Shown piece after piece: positions 48,201-56,519 of a stretch of 64,000 nt of DNA (its first letter is position 1; every line of letters begins with the position of its first letter). The notes beneath the pieces were generated by a model. The model was given only the letters and a program-made list of their open reading frames with translations, was not told the origin of the DNA and did not search any database. The position numbers and the translations under genes were made by a program. The stretch spans positions 34,012 through 98,011 of the forward strand of contig MFPL01000002.1 of NCBI GenBank assembly GCA_001784155.1. The letters run 5' to 3'. The DNA comes from Candidatus Levybacteria bacterium RIFCSPLOWO2_12_FULL_41_12. GTDB taxonomy: Bacteria; Patescibacteriota; Microgenomatia; Levybacterales; UBA12049.

Positions 48201-49111
48201 ATAATCGACCCTTTATTAAGCGCTGCTATCAAACCTAGAACAATTATTAGAAAAAGTATGTGATCCAAGTTGTGGCCCACGAATCTGACTACTTTTCTTC
48301 TCTGCATTGCTATAAGATCCACAACAAGCACGGTGATGAAGAAAAAGACTATGAGAGTTGAGACATTTGAAGTAAGACTTATGCCGTTAAACATCGGACT
48401 TGCTTTAAAAACAGGCGCACCATCTATAAGTTCCTTTATTGGACTCTGTGGTTCCCCTAATACTGAGCTTGTCTGCTTAATTGCTTCAGGCGCCTCGGGG
48501 GAAGCAGGCTCGGAGCTCTTTGCAAGTGGCGCGGCATTCCTGCTGCCGAACTCCTGCACAACAAGAACAGTCTCTTCTCCTGCAAATGTTCCTGTCTTAA
48601 CTGCGAATCCTATATCCGTATAGTTTGCTGAAAGAAGATTTTCCTTGTGACCCGCAGCGCTCGCCATCCACGCATCTACTGCCTCTGAAGCACTAGAGTA
48701 CCCCCTGGCTAAATTTTCACCTGCATAAGTATATTCATACCCGGCCCCCTTTATAAAAACCCAAGGTGTGGTTCCATCTGGGGCGTTGTGCGCCCAATAA
48801 TCCCTAGCGAACATATCGTCTGCCTTGCGACTTGCTGCAAGAGAAAGCTGTTCGTTAAACACTAGAGGTAGGAGATTGTTTTCAAGCCTTTTTTGGTTTG
48901 TCAAAAGAAACAGTTCTTCAGTAGATATATTATGGGTTACACCAAGAATCTGAGGAGAAACCGTTCTTACTTCGGAAAGAAGAAAAGACGCGAAGATAAG
49001 GAGAATTACCGTTAAAAGAAGGCTTTGAAGATGTAAGAATTTGGCCCTATGATTATTTGATTCATGTGGCAGAAAGAGGTGCCTTAGTGAATTTTTCACG
49101 CCTACAATCAT
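48197..49111 (-). CDS. CAP/SCP/PR-1 domain protein, membrane-anchored at both ends
   Basis: CAP signature HYTQVVW-like region (YWAHNAPDG...GENLARG...GHKENLL). N-terminal TM plus C-terminal TM. Confidence 0.7.
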   Translation of the reverse strand: MIVGVKNSLRHLFLPHESNNHRAKFLHLQSLLLTVILLIFASFLLSEVRTVSPQILGVTHNISTEELFLLTNQKRLENNLLPLVFNEQLSLAASRKADDMFARDYWAHNAPDGTTPWVFIKGAGYEYTYAGENLARGYSSASEAVDAWMASAAGHKENLLSANYTDIGFAVKTGTFAGEETVLVVQEFGSRNAAPLAKSSEPASPEAPEAIKQTSSVLGEPQSPIKELIDGAPVFKASPMFNGISLTSNVSTLIVFFFITVLVVDLIAMQRRKVVRFVGHNLDHILFLIIVLGLIAALNKGSII

Positions 49112-49116
49112 GCTTC

Positions 49117-49425
49117 TTACTCATACTTGGGCTTCGCGGAAATCCCTCCGTTAACCGGAACGTTTAACGCAAACCCTAAAGCATTGGCAAGCGATACTCC
49201 TACTTTTATCCCGGTGAAAGATCCCGGACCTGAGTTGACTTCAACTTCATCGATCTCGGTCGGATGAAGCCTGTTTTGCTTTAGAAGCGTATCAATAAGA
49301 AGAAGAACTTTTTGCGAATTTCCGCGCTCAACATCCTGTACGATTTTATCTTCTTTTTCATCTATACATAGCCCTACCATGACTTGGGCTGAGTCTGTAG
49401 TGTCAATTGTAAGTCTTACCACCAC
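49117..49425 (-). CDS. tsaB: tRNA t6A protein TsaB (YeaZ), truncated 102-aa form
   Basis: LTIDTTDSAQVMVGL...SGPGSFTGIKVGVSLANALGF matches the TsaB N-terminal half. Confidence 0.7.
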   Translation of the reverse strand: MVVRLTIDTTDSAQVMVGLCIDEKEDKIVQDVERGNSQKVLLLIDTLLKQNRLHPTEIDEVEVNSGPGSFTGIKVGVSLANALGFALNVPVNGGISAKPKYE

Positions 49426-49430
49426 TTCTA

Positions 49431-50006
49431 TTATATATCCCTAACAGCCCCAAAGCGCAATACCCTCCATGGATTTACCGAACAATCAATAACTGTTGAG
49501 GAAATTCTTGTTTTTGTTTCACCGTTAAGCACATAGTCTACCTTAGAGATAAGATCCCTGTTTAAATCATTATAAGAGTACGGAGTCGGATCTCCATGAA
49601 AATTAGCAGAAGGACCAAGAATTGGTGCGTCAACCATCTTTATCAAAGCCTGTGTATCGACGTGGTCCGGTATCCTTACTCCAATGTTTAAGCCTCCGCC
49701 CCTGACAATACTGGTAACTTTTTCTAGATTCGCAGGCAAAACTATAGTCAGACCTCCTGGCCAGTGTTTTTCCATTAGCTCTCTAACTGATAAACCGAAG
49801 GGCAAAACATATTCCTCAACTTGTTTTATTGAACTAAACAAAACCGGAGTAGCCTTGCTTTCTGGCCTTTTTCTTATTTCAAACAGTCTCTCAATAGCTT
49901 TTTCGTCATCAATCCTGCATCCGATACCAAAGGCTGTATCCGTAGGAAAAATTATAATTCCTCCCTTTTTAAGAACATCTATTGCCTTCTTAAGATCGCT
50001 AGTCAT
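49431..50006 (-). CDS. tsaC: L-threonylcarbamoyladenylate synthase (TsaC/YrdC/Sua5 family)
   Basis: YrdC-domain motifs (FPTDTAFGIG, KRPESKATPVLFSS). Confidence 0.85.
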   Translation of the reverse strand: MTSDLKKAIDVLKKGGIIIFPTDTAFGIGCRIDDEKAIERLFEIRKRPESKATPVLFSSIKQVEEYVLPFGLSVRELMEKHWPGGLTIVLPANLEKVTSIVRGGGLNIGVRIPDHVDTQALIKMVDAPILGPSANFHGDPTPYSYNDLNRDLISKVDYVLNGETKTRISSTVIDCSVNPWRVLRFGAVRDI

Positions 50007-50440
50007 TTTCTAATTATCCTGAGCTTTCTTTGGAATTCACCTTCGTGCTCCATATGCACCTCTATTCTTTTTTCAGGTAAAAGTTCTTGCGCCTTCTCTG
50101 CCCATTCTATAACTACAATATTTTCCGGATTGGACAGGATTTCCCTAAAACCTATACTTCCCAACTCGCTTTCAGATTCTACTCTGTAAAGATCAATGTG
50201 GTACAACTTCCTAATTCTTGATTCATAATTCTTAATTCTGTGCTCGCGAACGAGTACGAAGGTGGGGGAAATAATCCGCTCCTTTATTCCCAATCCTTCT
50301 GCCAATCCCTGAGCAAAAGTTGTTTTGCCCGAACCCAGTTCGCCGAAAAGAGCGATAACACCCCCTGCTTTAAGATTTGAAACAATCTTACCTGCAATCT
50401 TTTTAGTTTCTTCGGGACTTTTAGAGATTGTTCTTCGCAT
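50003..50440 (-). CDS. tsaE: tRNA t6A ATPase TsaE (YjeE)
   Basis: P-loop GELGSGKTT plus the TsaE-specific downstream blocks. Confidence 0.85.
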   Translation of the reverse strand: MRRTISKSPEETKKIAGKIVSNLKAGGVIALFGELGSGKTTFAQGLAEGLGIKERIISPTFVLVREHRIKNYESRIRKLYHIDLYRVESESELGSIGFREILSNPENIVVIEWAEKAQELLPEKRIEVHMEHEGEFQRKLRIIRK

Positions 50441-50456
50441 CGAGGAAAAAATTATA

Positions 50457-51308
50457 TCAGAAACCAGCTTCTTTTCTCTCTTTTATATAGTTTCTTACCA
50501 AAAATCCAGCTCCCGAAAGCAGTAAAACAATCCCTATAATAACTAAGAATTTCGAAAGAAGCGAATAGGGATTAAAAGTCTTTTCAGACAAAACTTCTGA
50601 TTTTACGGGAGTTGGTGTATCTGTTTGATTATTAGGCAAACTAGTATTTGAAGCTAAACTTTTATCCGTTGATGAATTTGATTTCGAACTTGAAGATTTA
50701 ACGGGCGTGGGGGTCTTCGTGGGAGTGGGTTTGCTCGTTGGTGTTGGCGTTTTCGTAGGAGTTGGGGTTTTTGTGGGCGTCGGGGTCTTAGTCGGAGTGG
50801 GCGTTGGGTCGGGAGTAGGGGTGGGTGTTGAGAAAACGGATGAGGAATTGTTTGAAGAATTCTTCGATTGAATCGTAAAAATTACCCATTCGCTACTTCC
50901 GTCTGTCTTTCTTCCTCCGCTCTGGTTCTCTTCGGGCTTAGCCAAGCCCCCCTTATCTCCATATGAAACCTCATCTACAACTGATTCGTTTGATGCCAAT
51001 ATAAGTTTTATCGTGTCTCCACCGTTGTTTAGTTTGTTGCTCCAATCAAAAGAGGCAAACCCTCCGCCATTAATAGTTCCCGTTAAATTAAGCTCATTTG
51101 TATCGTTATAATCTCTAATTTTATAACCAGAAAGATCAATAGCTTCCTCTCCGCTGTTATAAATTTCTATCCAATCACTAGTTGTTGCCGAAGAAAATTC
51201 ATTTATTAATACGTCTGCGTAGGATTTTAAAGGAGGAAAAATAAAAATTAGTAAAAATATAGATAAAAAGAAAGGTAATGACAGCAGACGCCTAAAAAAT
51301 CTTTTCAC
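50457..51308 (-). CDS. Cell-surface protein with lamin-tail domain (LTD), Pro-Thr repeat linker and C-terminal TM anchor
   Basis: Signal peptide. LTD core VLINEFSSATTSDWIEIYNSGEEAIDLSGYKIRD. Linker (PTPTKT)n encoded by the tandem DNA repeat at ~50700-50830. C-terminal hydrophobic helix. Confidence 0.7.
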   Translation of the reverse strand: MKRFFRRLLSLPFFLSIFLLIFIFPPLKSYADVLINEFSSATTSDWIEIYNSGEEAIDLSGYKIRDYNDTNELNLTGTINGGGFASFDWSNKLNNGGDTIKLILASNESVVDEVSYGDKGGLAKPEENQSGGRKTDGSSEWVIFTIQSKNSSNNSSSVFSTPTPTPDPTPTPTKTPTPTKTPTPTKTPTPTSKPTPTKTPTPVKSSSSKSNSSTDKSLASNTSLPNNQTDTPTPVKSEVLSEKTFNPYSLLSKFLVIIGIVLLLSGAGFLVRNYIKERKEAGF

Positions 51309-51309
51309 A

Positions 51310-52500
51310 TCATTGTAGAGTTATAGCATGAAGATAATAAGTTTGAGCTCCATCGCCTTGATCAACTTTTGAATAAAGAAGAACACCACTGCCACAGCCG
51401 ATACTTCCGCTATATAATTTCCCTTGCTTGACAGCTTTTACGACTAGACTGCTTAATGAATACATATCGATTCCCGTATGAGGTCCTCCCCCGTAAGCAC
51501 CAGCCTGTGCAAATGCTGTCATGCCATAATCTTGAGTAATGTAGACAGGGTCATTTATTGGCCAGGGCCATGAACCACTGAAAGACAGCTGGTCTCCTTG
51601 GACTCCTTTTGGACCTAGGTAACCTTTAGGATCTACTAAGGATCCATTGCTTCGCACTTCAAAATGAAGATGTGTCCCTGTAGAACAAGGGGATGCCCCA
51701 GATATGATTTGCGCTATGCTTGCTCCCTCACCTACGTCTCTTACAGATATTTCTTTTCCTTTTCCAGCAATTATTCCCTGAATGGCTCTTTGTTCTGCTA
51801 AAGCTGACTGAAGTTTCTGTTGGTAGATTACCTCGTCGTTTTGGGTTATCCGTAGTAGTTCATCCTTATCTCTTTTTTCTTGCTCAATTTGTGCAGTGTA
51901 TGTTTCGAGTTCTACCTTCAGTGCCTCGACTTTATTTCTCCTGCTCTCGAAAATTTCTTTCTGGTTTGAGTAATCATTCTTTGCCTGAACAGTGTCATAA
52001 ATGAGTCTTTTATCATGTGCCTGAGCAACTCTTAGGTAATTTGCTCTCTGGACGAAATCCGAAACATCGGACGAAGCCATAAGAACCTGAAAAGACGACG
52101 AGCTTCCCACTACATACGTTGCTCTAATTCTATTGATGAGAATCTCTGTGAGAGAATCTATAGACTTCTCAAGACCCCCTATCTTTTTTGTCGTTGTATC
52201 AATATCAAGTGCCAAGTCTGTAATCTGCTGCTCAACTGAAGCAATTTTTAGTTCGGTTAGATGGATTTGGTTGTCCATTACAGCAATTTGCGAAGAAAGA
52301 GTTTTCTCTTGTCCTTGAAGATCTGAAATCTTTGTCTGTAGATCATTTATCTCCTTCTGTAGTTCCTCGGCCCGAGAGCTTGACGTTGGACTAGGAGTAG
52401 GAGTTTCTGTTAGAGCTGCTACAAAAGATGAGAAGTAAAAAGAAGCAATGAAGAAAAAGCTTATCAAGAGATATAAAAGGATTTTTTTACTCTTAATCAT
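51310..52500 (-). CDS. Coiled-coil M23 peptidase (EnvC-like murein hydrolase/activator)
   Basis: N-terminal signal. ~200-aa coiled coil. C-terminal M23/LytM domain with HxxxD and HLHFEV motifs. Confidence 0.85.
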   Translation of the reverse strand: MIKSKKILLYLLISFFFIASFYFSSFVAALTETPTPSPTSSSRAEELQKEINDLQTKISDLQGQEKTLSSQIAVMDNQIHLTELKIASVEQQITDLALDIDTTTKKIGGLEKSIDSLTEILINRIRATYVVGSSSSFQVLMASSDVSDFVQRANYLRVAQAHDKRLIYDTVQAKNDYSNQKEIFESRRNKVEALKVELETYTAQIEQEKRDKDELLRITQNDEVIYQQKLQSALAEQRAIQGIIAGKGKEISVRDVGEGASIAQIISGASPCSTGTHLHFEVRSNGSLVDPKGYLGPKGVQGDQLSFSGSWPWPINDPVYITQDYGMTAFAQAGAYGGGPHTGIDMYSLSSLVVKAVKQGKLYSGSIGCGSGVLLYSKVDQGDGAQTYYLHAITLQ

Positions 52501-52512
52501 AAGCAGACAAAT

Positions 52513-53382
52513 CTAATTTTTAAGGTATCGAAGAACAGCTAGATAACTTGAAAATGCTCCCAGGAGAATAGCAAGAAGCACCTCTGCTAAAAGAAGAAGT
52601 ATTAACGAAACAAATGATACGGGGAATAATGGTATTCCGCGGAGGAATGAGGACAGGAATGGAGCAGCATACCAAAGCGCTGTAGCTGCTATAAGCCAGC
52701 CGGCGAGTGAACCCAAAACTCCATAAAAAATCCCCTCCATTATAAATGGCTTCCTAATATACCAATTAGTTGCACCTATCAGTTTCATTATCTCAATATC
52801 TTCTTTTTTGTGAGAAATTTTTATTCCTATAATTGTAACCATGATGAATATAGAAACAAGGCTTAGGACCAGGATCGCTGCTACTCCTACTCTACGAAGT
52901 GCATTTGTCCATGAAGTTAAAGTGGCTATAACATCCCTTTGATATATTACCTCCTGCACAATGGGCGATTTAGAAAGCTCGTTTGAAACCAAAGCCAAAT
53001 CCTCGATCTCAACTGTAGATATCTCAAGAGACGCCGGTAAAATATCTGCGGTAACTAAGTCTAAAAGAAGCGGGTCGTTCTTATTTTGCTCTCTGTAAAT
53101 CTTAAGGGCCTCTTCTTTTGAGACAAAGCGGACACCTGAAACCTGTTCAGTTCCTTTTAAACCTTTCGATAACGCGTCTATGTCCGCCTGTTTTGCTTCA
53201 TCCTTAAAGAAAGCTGTAACCTGTGGCTTTGATTCAAAATAATTTATTACCTTCGATGACCCCGCAAGAATGAATATAAAGAAGGAAAAGACGAGGAAAG
53301 TCATCGTCATTATGAATATCGCGGCTATTGCCTGATAGGGCGATCTTCTAATATTCTTCCATGCAGTTATTTTAGAGTTCAC
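52513..53382 (-). CDS. ftsX: Cell-division ABC transporter permease FtsX
   Basis: Four-TM FtsX topology with a large first periplasmic loop. Overlaps ftsE by 4 nt. Confidence 0.85.
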   Translation of the reverse strand: MNSKITAWKNIRRSPYQAIAAIFIMTMTFLVFSFFIFILAGSSKVINYFESKPQVTAFFKDEAKQADIDALSKGLKGTEQVSGVRFVSKEEALKIYREQNKNDPLLLDLVTADILPASLEISTVEIEDLALVSNELSKSPIVQEVIYQRDVIATLTSWTNALRRVGVAAILVLSLVSIFIMVTIIGIKISHKKEDIEIMKLIGATNWYIRKPFIMEGIFYGVLGSLAGWLIAATALWYAAPFLSSFLRGIPLFPVSFVSLILLLLAEVLLAILLGAFSSYLAVLRYLKN

Positions 53383-54050
53383 TTCTCTCCCTTCCCATCC
53401 CTGACTATTCTCCCTTTTTCAAGCTGTATTGTTCTCTTCTTAAGATTTTTAACTATGTCCACATTATGCGTAGCCATTATAACTGTTGCTCCTTTTTCGT
53501 TAATATCTGAGAGCAGCTTTACTATTTCCCAAGAAGTTGCGTTATCCAGATTTCCCGTAGGCTCATCAGCAAGAAGAATTTCCGGATTAAGAACAAGAGC
53601 CCTGGCAATAGCTACCCTTTGGAGTTCTCCTCCCGCTAGCTGGACAGGGAATTTATCCTTATGCTCTATTATTCCAGTCTGTGTTAGAATTTCTTCAACT
53701 CGCCTCATGGCGTCTTTTGCAGCTACGCCTGCCACCTCCATAGGAAGAAGAACGTTTTCAGAAACAGTTCTGTCGGTTAAAAGTTTTATGTCCTGGAAAA
53801 CCACGCCTATTTTTTTTCGAAGCTCAGGGATCTTTTCATTTGGGAGCTTTGCTACATCCCAGCTTTCTATCTGAATACTTCCCTTTGAAGGCAAAATTTC
53901 GCGAATAAGAAGCTTAAAAACGGTCGTCTTACCAGAACCCGTAGGCCCCACCAAAAAAACAAATTCTCCTTTGTCTATCGAGAAGGAGACATCGGAAATA
54001 CCAAAAGCTCCAGTACCAAATTTTTTTGAAACATTATCGAGACTTATCAT
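53379..54050 (-). CDS. ftsE: Cell-division ABC transporter ATPase FtsE
   Basis: Walker A GPTGSGKTT, ABC signature LAGGELQRVAIARAL, Walker B LLADEPT. Confidence 0.9.
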   Translation of the reverse strand: MISLDNVSKKFGTGAFGISDVSFSIDKGEFVFLVGPTGSGKTTVFKLLIREILPSKGSIQIESWDVAKLPNEKIPELRKKIGVVFQDIKLLTDRTVSENVLLPMEVAGVAAKDAMRRVEEILTQTGIIEHKDKFPVQLAGGELQRVAIARALVLNPEILLADEPTGNLDNATSWEIVKLLSDINEKGATVIMATHNVDIVKNLKKRTIQLEKGRIVRDGKGEK

Positions 54051-54126
54051 AGTTTGACTTTGTCCTTCGACAGTGAGCTCAGGACTGTCGAACTGCTCAC
54101 TATGACCCTGAGTCTAATCGAATGGG

Positions 54127-54588
54127 TCATTTAAGCACTTCAACCCTCCCCACATCCATGAGCCAGCCTGCATATTGGGCTTTTTGGGTTTGACCCCATA
54201 TTTTAATTTTTTTACCCTCAAATAAAGATAGGTCAACAATTGACGAGGTTAGATAAACATTCTGGCTTTCTCCACCGGGTCTCACTAGGTGATACTGGCC
54301 TTCTCCTTCAATGCCTCCCTTCTTTAGCTCTCCCTCTACTTCGTCACTAAATGTTTTTTTGTCATTTGAGCCGAAGGATTTCCCCGCAGTGACCGAAGAT
54401 GCATCTTTAGGCTGATCTACACTGCCACCGGATGATCTGCTAAAAATAAATCCTGTGCCGATTCCAAACGCTACGATAATCAGGTAAATTGCGGCTATCT
54501 TAGGAGATAGAGAAAGTTTTGTTTTCTTATTCTCAAAATCATGAACCAATGAACTGTCTTGGGAATTTTTTGAATCCGTAAAAATCAC
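54127..54588 (-). CDS. Membrane-anchored hypothetical protein
   Basis: N-terminal TM helix then a Ser/Gly-rich linker and a ~60-aa C-terminal domain. Confidence 0.4.
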   Translation of the reverse strand: MIFTDSKNSQDSSLVHDFENKKTKLSLSPKIAAIYLIIVAFGIGTGFIFSRSSGGSVDQPKDASSVTAGKSFGSNDKKTFSDEVEGELKKGGIEGEGQYHLVRPGGESQNVYLTSSIVDLSLFEGKKIKIWGQTQKAQYAGWLMDVGRVEVLK

Positions 54589-54637
54589 CTCCTAAATTTG
54601 TTAAGCATAACTAGTAAACCACATTTGAGCTTTTTTA

Positions 54638-55648
54638 TCAACCTTGAAGCAATTTTATTGCTTGGCCTGTTTTGTAACTTTTCGCGTGTTTTAAATAACC
54701 AAGATATGACTGGATAGTCTGATTTAGCGAAAAATCAGAGATTCTCCCTGTTTTGTATTCATCAAGCTTATCTGATATCTTTCTAAACATCCTTTTCTTT
54801 GTTTTTGTTCTTGGCAAAACGTAGTGGGGAAGTATGACGTAACCTAAAAAATCAACTCCCCATGAAAGTCTTCTCATAATAATCTTGCCTGGATTAAGTC
54901 TCAGCTTAAGATTTTCTTCCAAGAAGACTGGTATACTAGTATACCAGTCTAATAATCTACTCCTATTGGATTCTAAAATTAAAAAGTCATCAGCGTAACG
55001 CAGGTAATATTTCACTCTTAGACTCTGCTTTATAAATTGGTCCAGTTCGTTTAAGTAAATATTTGCAAAAATCTGACTTGTCAGATTGCCAAGAGGAATT
55101 CCTTTCCCTCTTCCTTGTTCCACGCTAAAACTTTGAATAACTTCTTTTAAAAGCCAGAGAATATCTTCATCTTCTATTCTCTTTTTTAGAAGTTCGAACA
55201 AAATCTTATGATCAACATTTGCAAAGAATTTTTTAATATCAAGTTTTAGAGCAAAGCAGTTTCTTGTATAATTCTTGCTCACTTTTCTCGCAAATAACTC
55301 AAGCCTTTCAACTCCTTTATGCGTTCCTTTATCTAAACGACAAGAATATGAATCATAAATAAAACTTTTATCAAAGACAGAATATAAATATTTATATAAA
55401 AGGTGATGTAAAACCCTATCCGAAACACAGGCTTTATGGATGTGCCGTCTTTTCGGATCGTTAACGAAGAATTCCTCGTATTTTCCATGTTGGTAAGTTT
55501 TGTTTTTCAAAGACAAGTGCAGAGAGAACAAATTGTCTTCCAAATTCCGCTCGAAAACTTGTAAATCCAATCTCTTCTTCTTTCCTTTTTTAAATTCAGA
55601 AAAGGCTTGAAAAAGATTTTCTATTTGTATAAGATCTTCATAGTTCAT
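54638..55648 (-). CDS. DGR-type reverse transcriptase
   Basis: Start at ATG 55648 (MNYEDLIQ...). Motifs DSYSCRLDKGTHKG (DGR-like SxxxRxxKGTH), GIPLGNLTSQIFANIYLNELD (LGNLTSQ replaces the usual QG...SP, a DGR hallmark), and YADDFLIL (YxDD). The listed 373-aa ORF start is an artefact of reading through the upstream (CA)n tract. Confidence 0.9.
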   Translation of the reverse strand: MNYEDLIQIENLFQAFSEFKKGKKKRLDLQVFERNLEDNLFSLHLSLKNKTYQHGKYEEFFVNDPKRRHIHKACVSDRVLHHLLYKYLYSVFDKSFIYDSYSCRLDKGTHKGVERLELFARKVSKNYTRNCFALKLDIKKFFANVDHKILFELLKKRIEDEDILWLLKEVIQSFSVEQGRGKGIPLGNLTSQIFANIYLNELDQFIKQSLRVKYYLRYADDFLILESNRSRLLDWYTSIPVFLEENLKLRLNPGKIIMRRLSWGVDFLGYVILPHYVLPRTKTKKRMFRKISDKLDEYKTGRISDFSLNQTIQSYLGYLKHAKSYKTGQAIKLLQG

Positions 55649-55672
55649 ATGAGTAACATCAATAAACCTGTT

Positions 55673-55698
55673 CACACACACACACATACACACACACC
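55673..55698. repeat. Dinucleotide microsatellite (CA)7-TA-(CA)5, 25 nt upstream of the RT start
   Basis: Direct reading: cacacacacacacatacacacacacc. It lies between TR and RT, flanked by the GC-rich inverted repeat GCCCGCC...GGCGGGC at 55711-55747. Confidence 0.8.
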
Positions 55699-55737
55699 GA
55701 TAGTAATTTAGCCCGCCTGCCAGCACCTGACCGCAGG

Positions 55738-56088
55738 GATGGCGGGCAGGATATCCCAATCTTTACCAAGCTCTACGAATTTTATAAAACGCTTAGCTCA
55801 ATTATTCCATCTTTCCCTAAGACAAAACGCTACACGCTAGGTCAAAAGTTGGATAACACAACCTTGGACATACTCGAATTCTTGTTTGCAATACCGTTAA
55901 GCAGTAATAAGCTGATTATCCTTCAAAAAATAAGCGTAAAAGTCGATTTATTAAAAATTCTAATCCGTCTCTCTAAAGACACCCAGATAATTAATAACAA
56001 AGACTGCTTAGAGCTTGAAACAAAACTTTCTGAAATAGGCAAAATGCTTGGAGGATGGATCAGAGCCTCCAAGCAAAATACCACTTAA
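55738..56088 (+). CDS. Avd-like (accessory variability determinant, four-helix-bundle) protein encoded antisense to the DGR, with no canonical in-frame start
   Basis: C-terminus LSEIGKMLGGWIRASKQ closely parallels BPP-1 Avd's AEVGRILGSWIARVNRK. Upstream block IPSFPKTKRYTLGQKL resembles the PF05635-family N-terminal region. The open frame extends to 55738 with no ATG/GTG. The nearest ATG (55739) is in a different frame, and the track's TTG at 55849 would truncate the fold. Confidence 0.55.
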   Translation, partial: DGGQDIPIFTKLYEFYKTLSSIIPSFPKTKRYTLGQKLDNTTLDILEFLFAIPLSSNKLIILQKISVKVDLLKILIRLSKDTQIINNKDCLELETKLSEIGKMLGGWIRASKQNTT

Positions 56089-56104
56089 AAAACTTCTTCT
56101 ACTA

Positions 56105-56220
56105 GAAACTATCAAGCGAACCGCATGAACATTGTCATTGCCGTTATCAGGCTTAAAGTCATTGACATTCAAACCGTTATCGGGATTCGCATTGCCGACA
56201 ATCGCAGCATTAGAACCCAC
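56105..56220 (-). repeat. DGR template repeat (TR)
   Basis: Core 56113-56217 matches VR 56547-56651 at 85/105 positions. TR coding (minus) strand is adenine-rich with AAC codons (translates GSNAAIVGNANPDNGLNVNDFKPDNGNDNVHAVRLIV). Shared 3' IMH-like end GCGGTTCGCTTG. Confidence 0.88.
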
Positions 56221-56519
56221 ATTTTGTGCATATCCCTTCGTTAACAGAACCTCACCAAAGATTTCTGTAAAGATCTCTTTTGAATTTTATCCGTCTCGCC
56301 AAAAACGGCGGAGCGAAAAAAGATATACGTAGTGTCTAGTAAATTTTTCTTTAAGTACTCTCCCTCACTATGTATAGTGAGGGACTCTGACTATTGAAAG
56401 ATCCTAGAAATAGGCGGTACGGCTTAAATCAAACCGGACTCATTGCGCTATTGCGAATAATTGTAGCAAAAAAATCGGAGAACCAAAATACAAGAAGTCC
56501 AAAATTACCAAGAGGACAA

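Noticed and set aside
50700-50830. Tandem near-identical ~18-bp DNA repeats that could be mistaken for a CRISPR-like array
   Set aside because: They are in frame inside a CDS and encode the (PTPTKT)n linker. No spacers of unique sequence.
54638-55759. Extended 373-aa RT ORF starting MGYPARHPC...CVCMCVCV
   Set aside because: The N-terminal 37 codons are a read-through of the (CA)n microsatellite and GC hairpin from a TTG/GTG-type start. The RT motifs begin right after the internal ATG at 55648.
56008-56220. 70-aa minus-strand ORF (MGSNAAIVGNANPDNGLNVNDF...)
   Set aside because: It is the template repeat read as protein, not a separate gene. It is annotated as the DGR TR instead.
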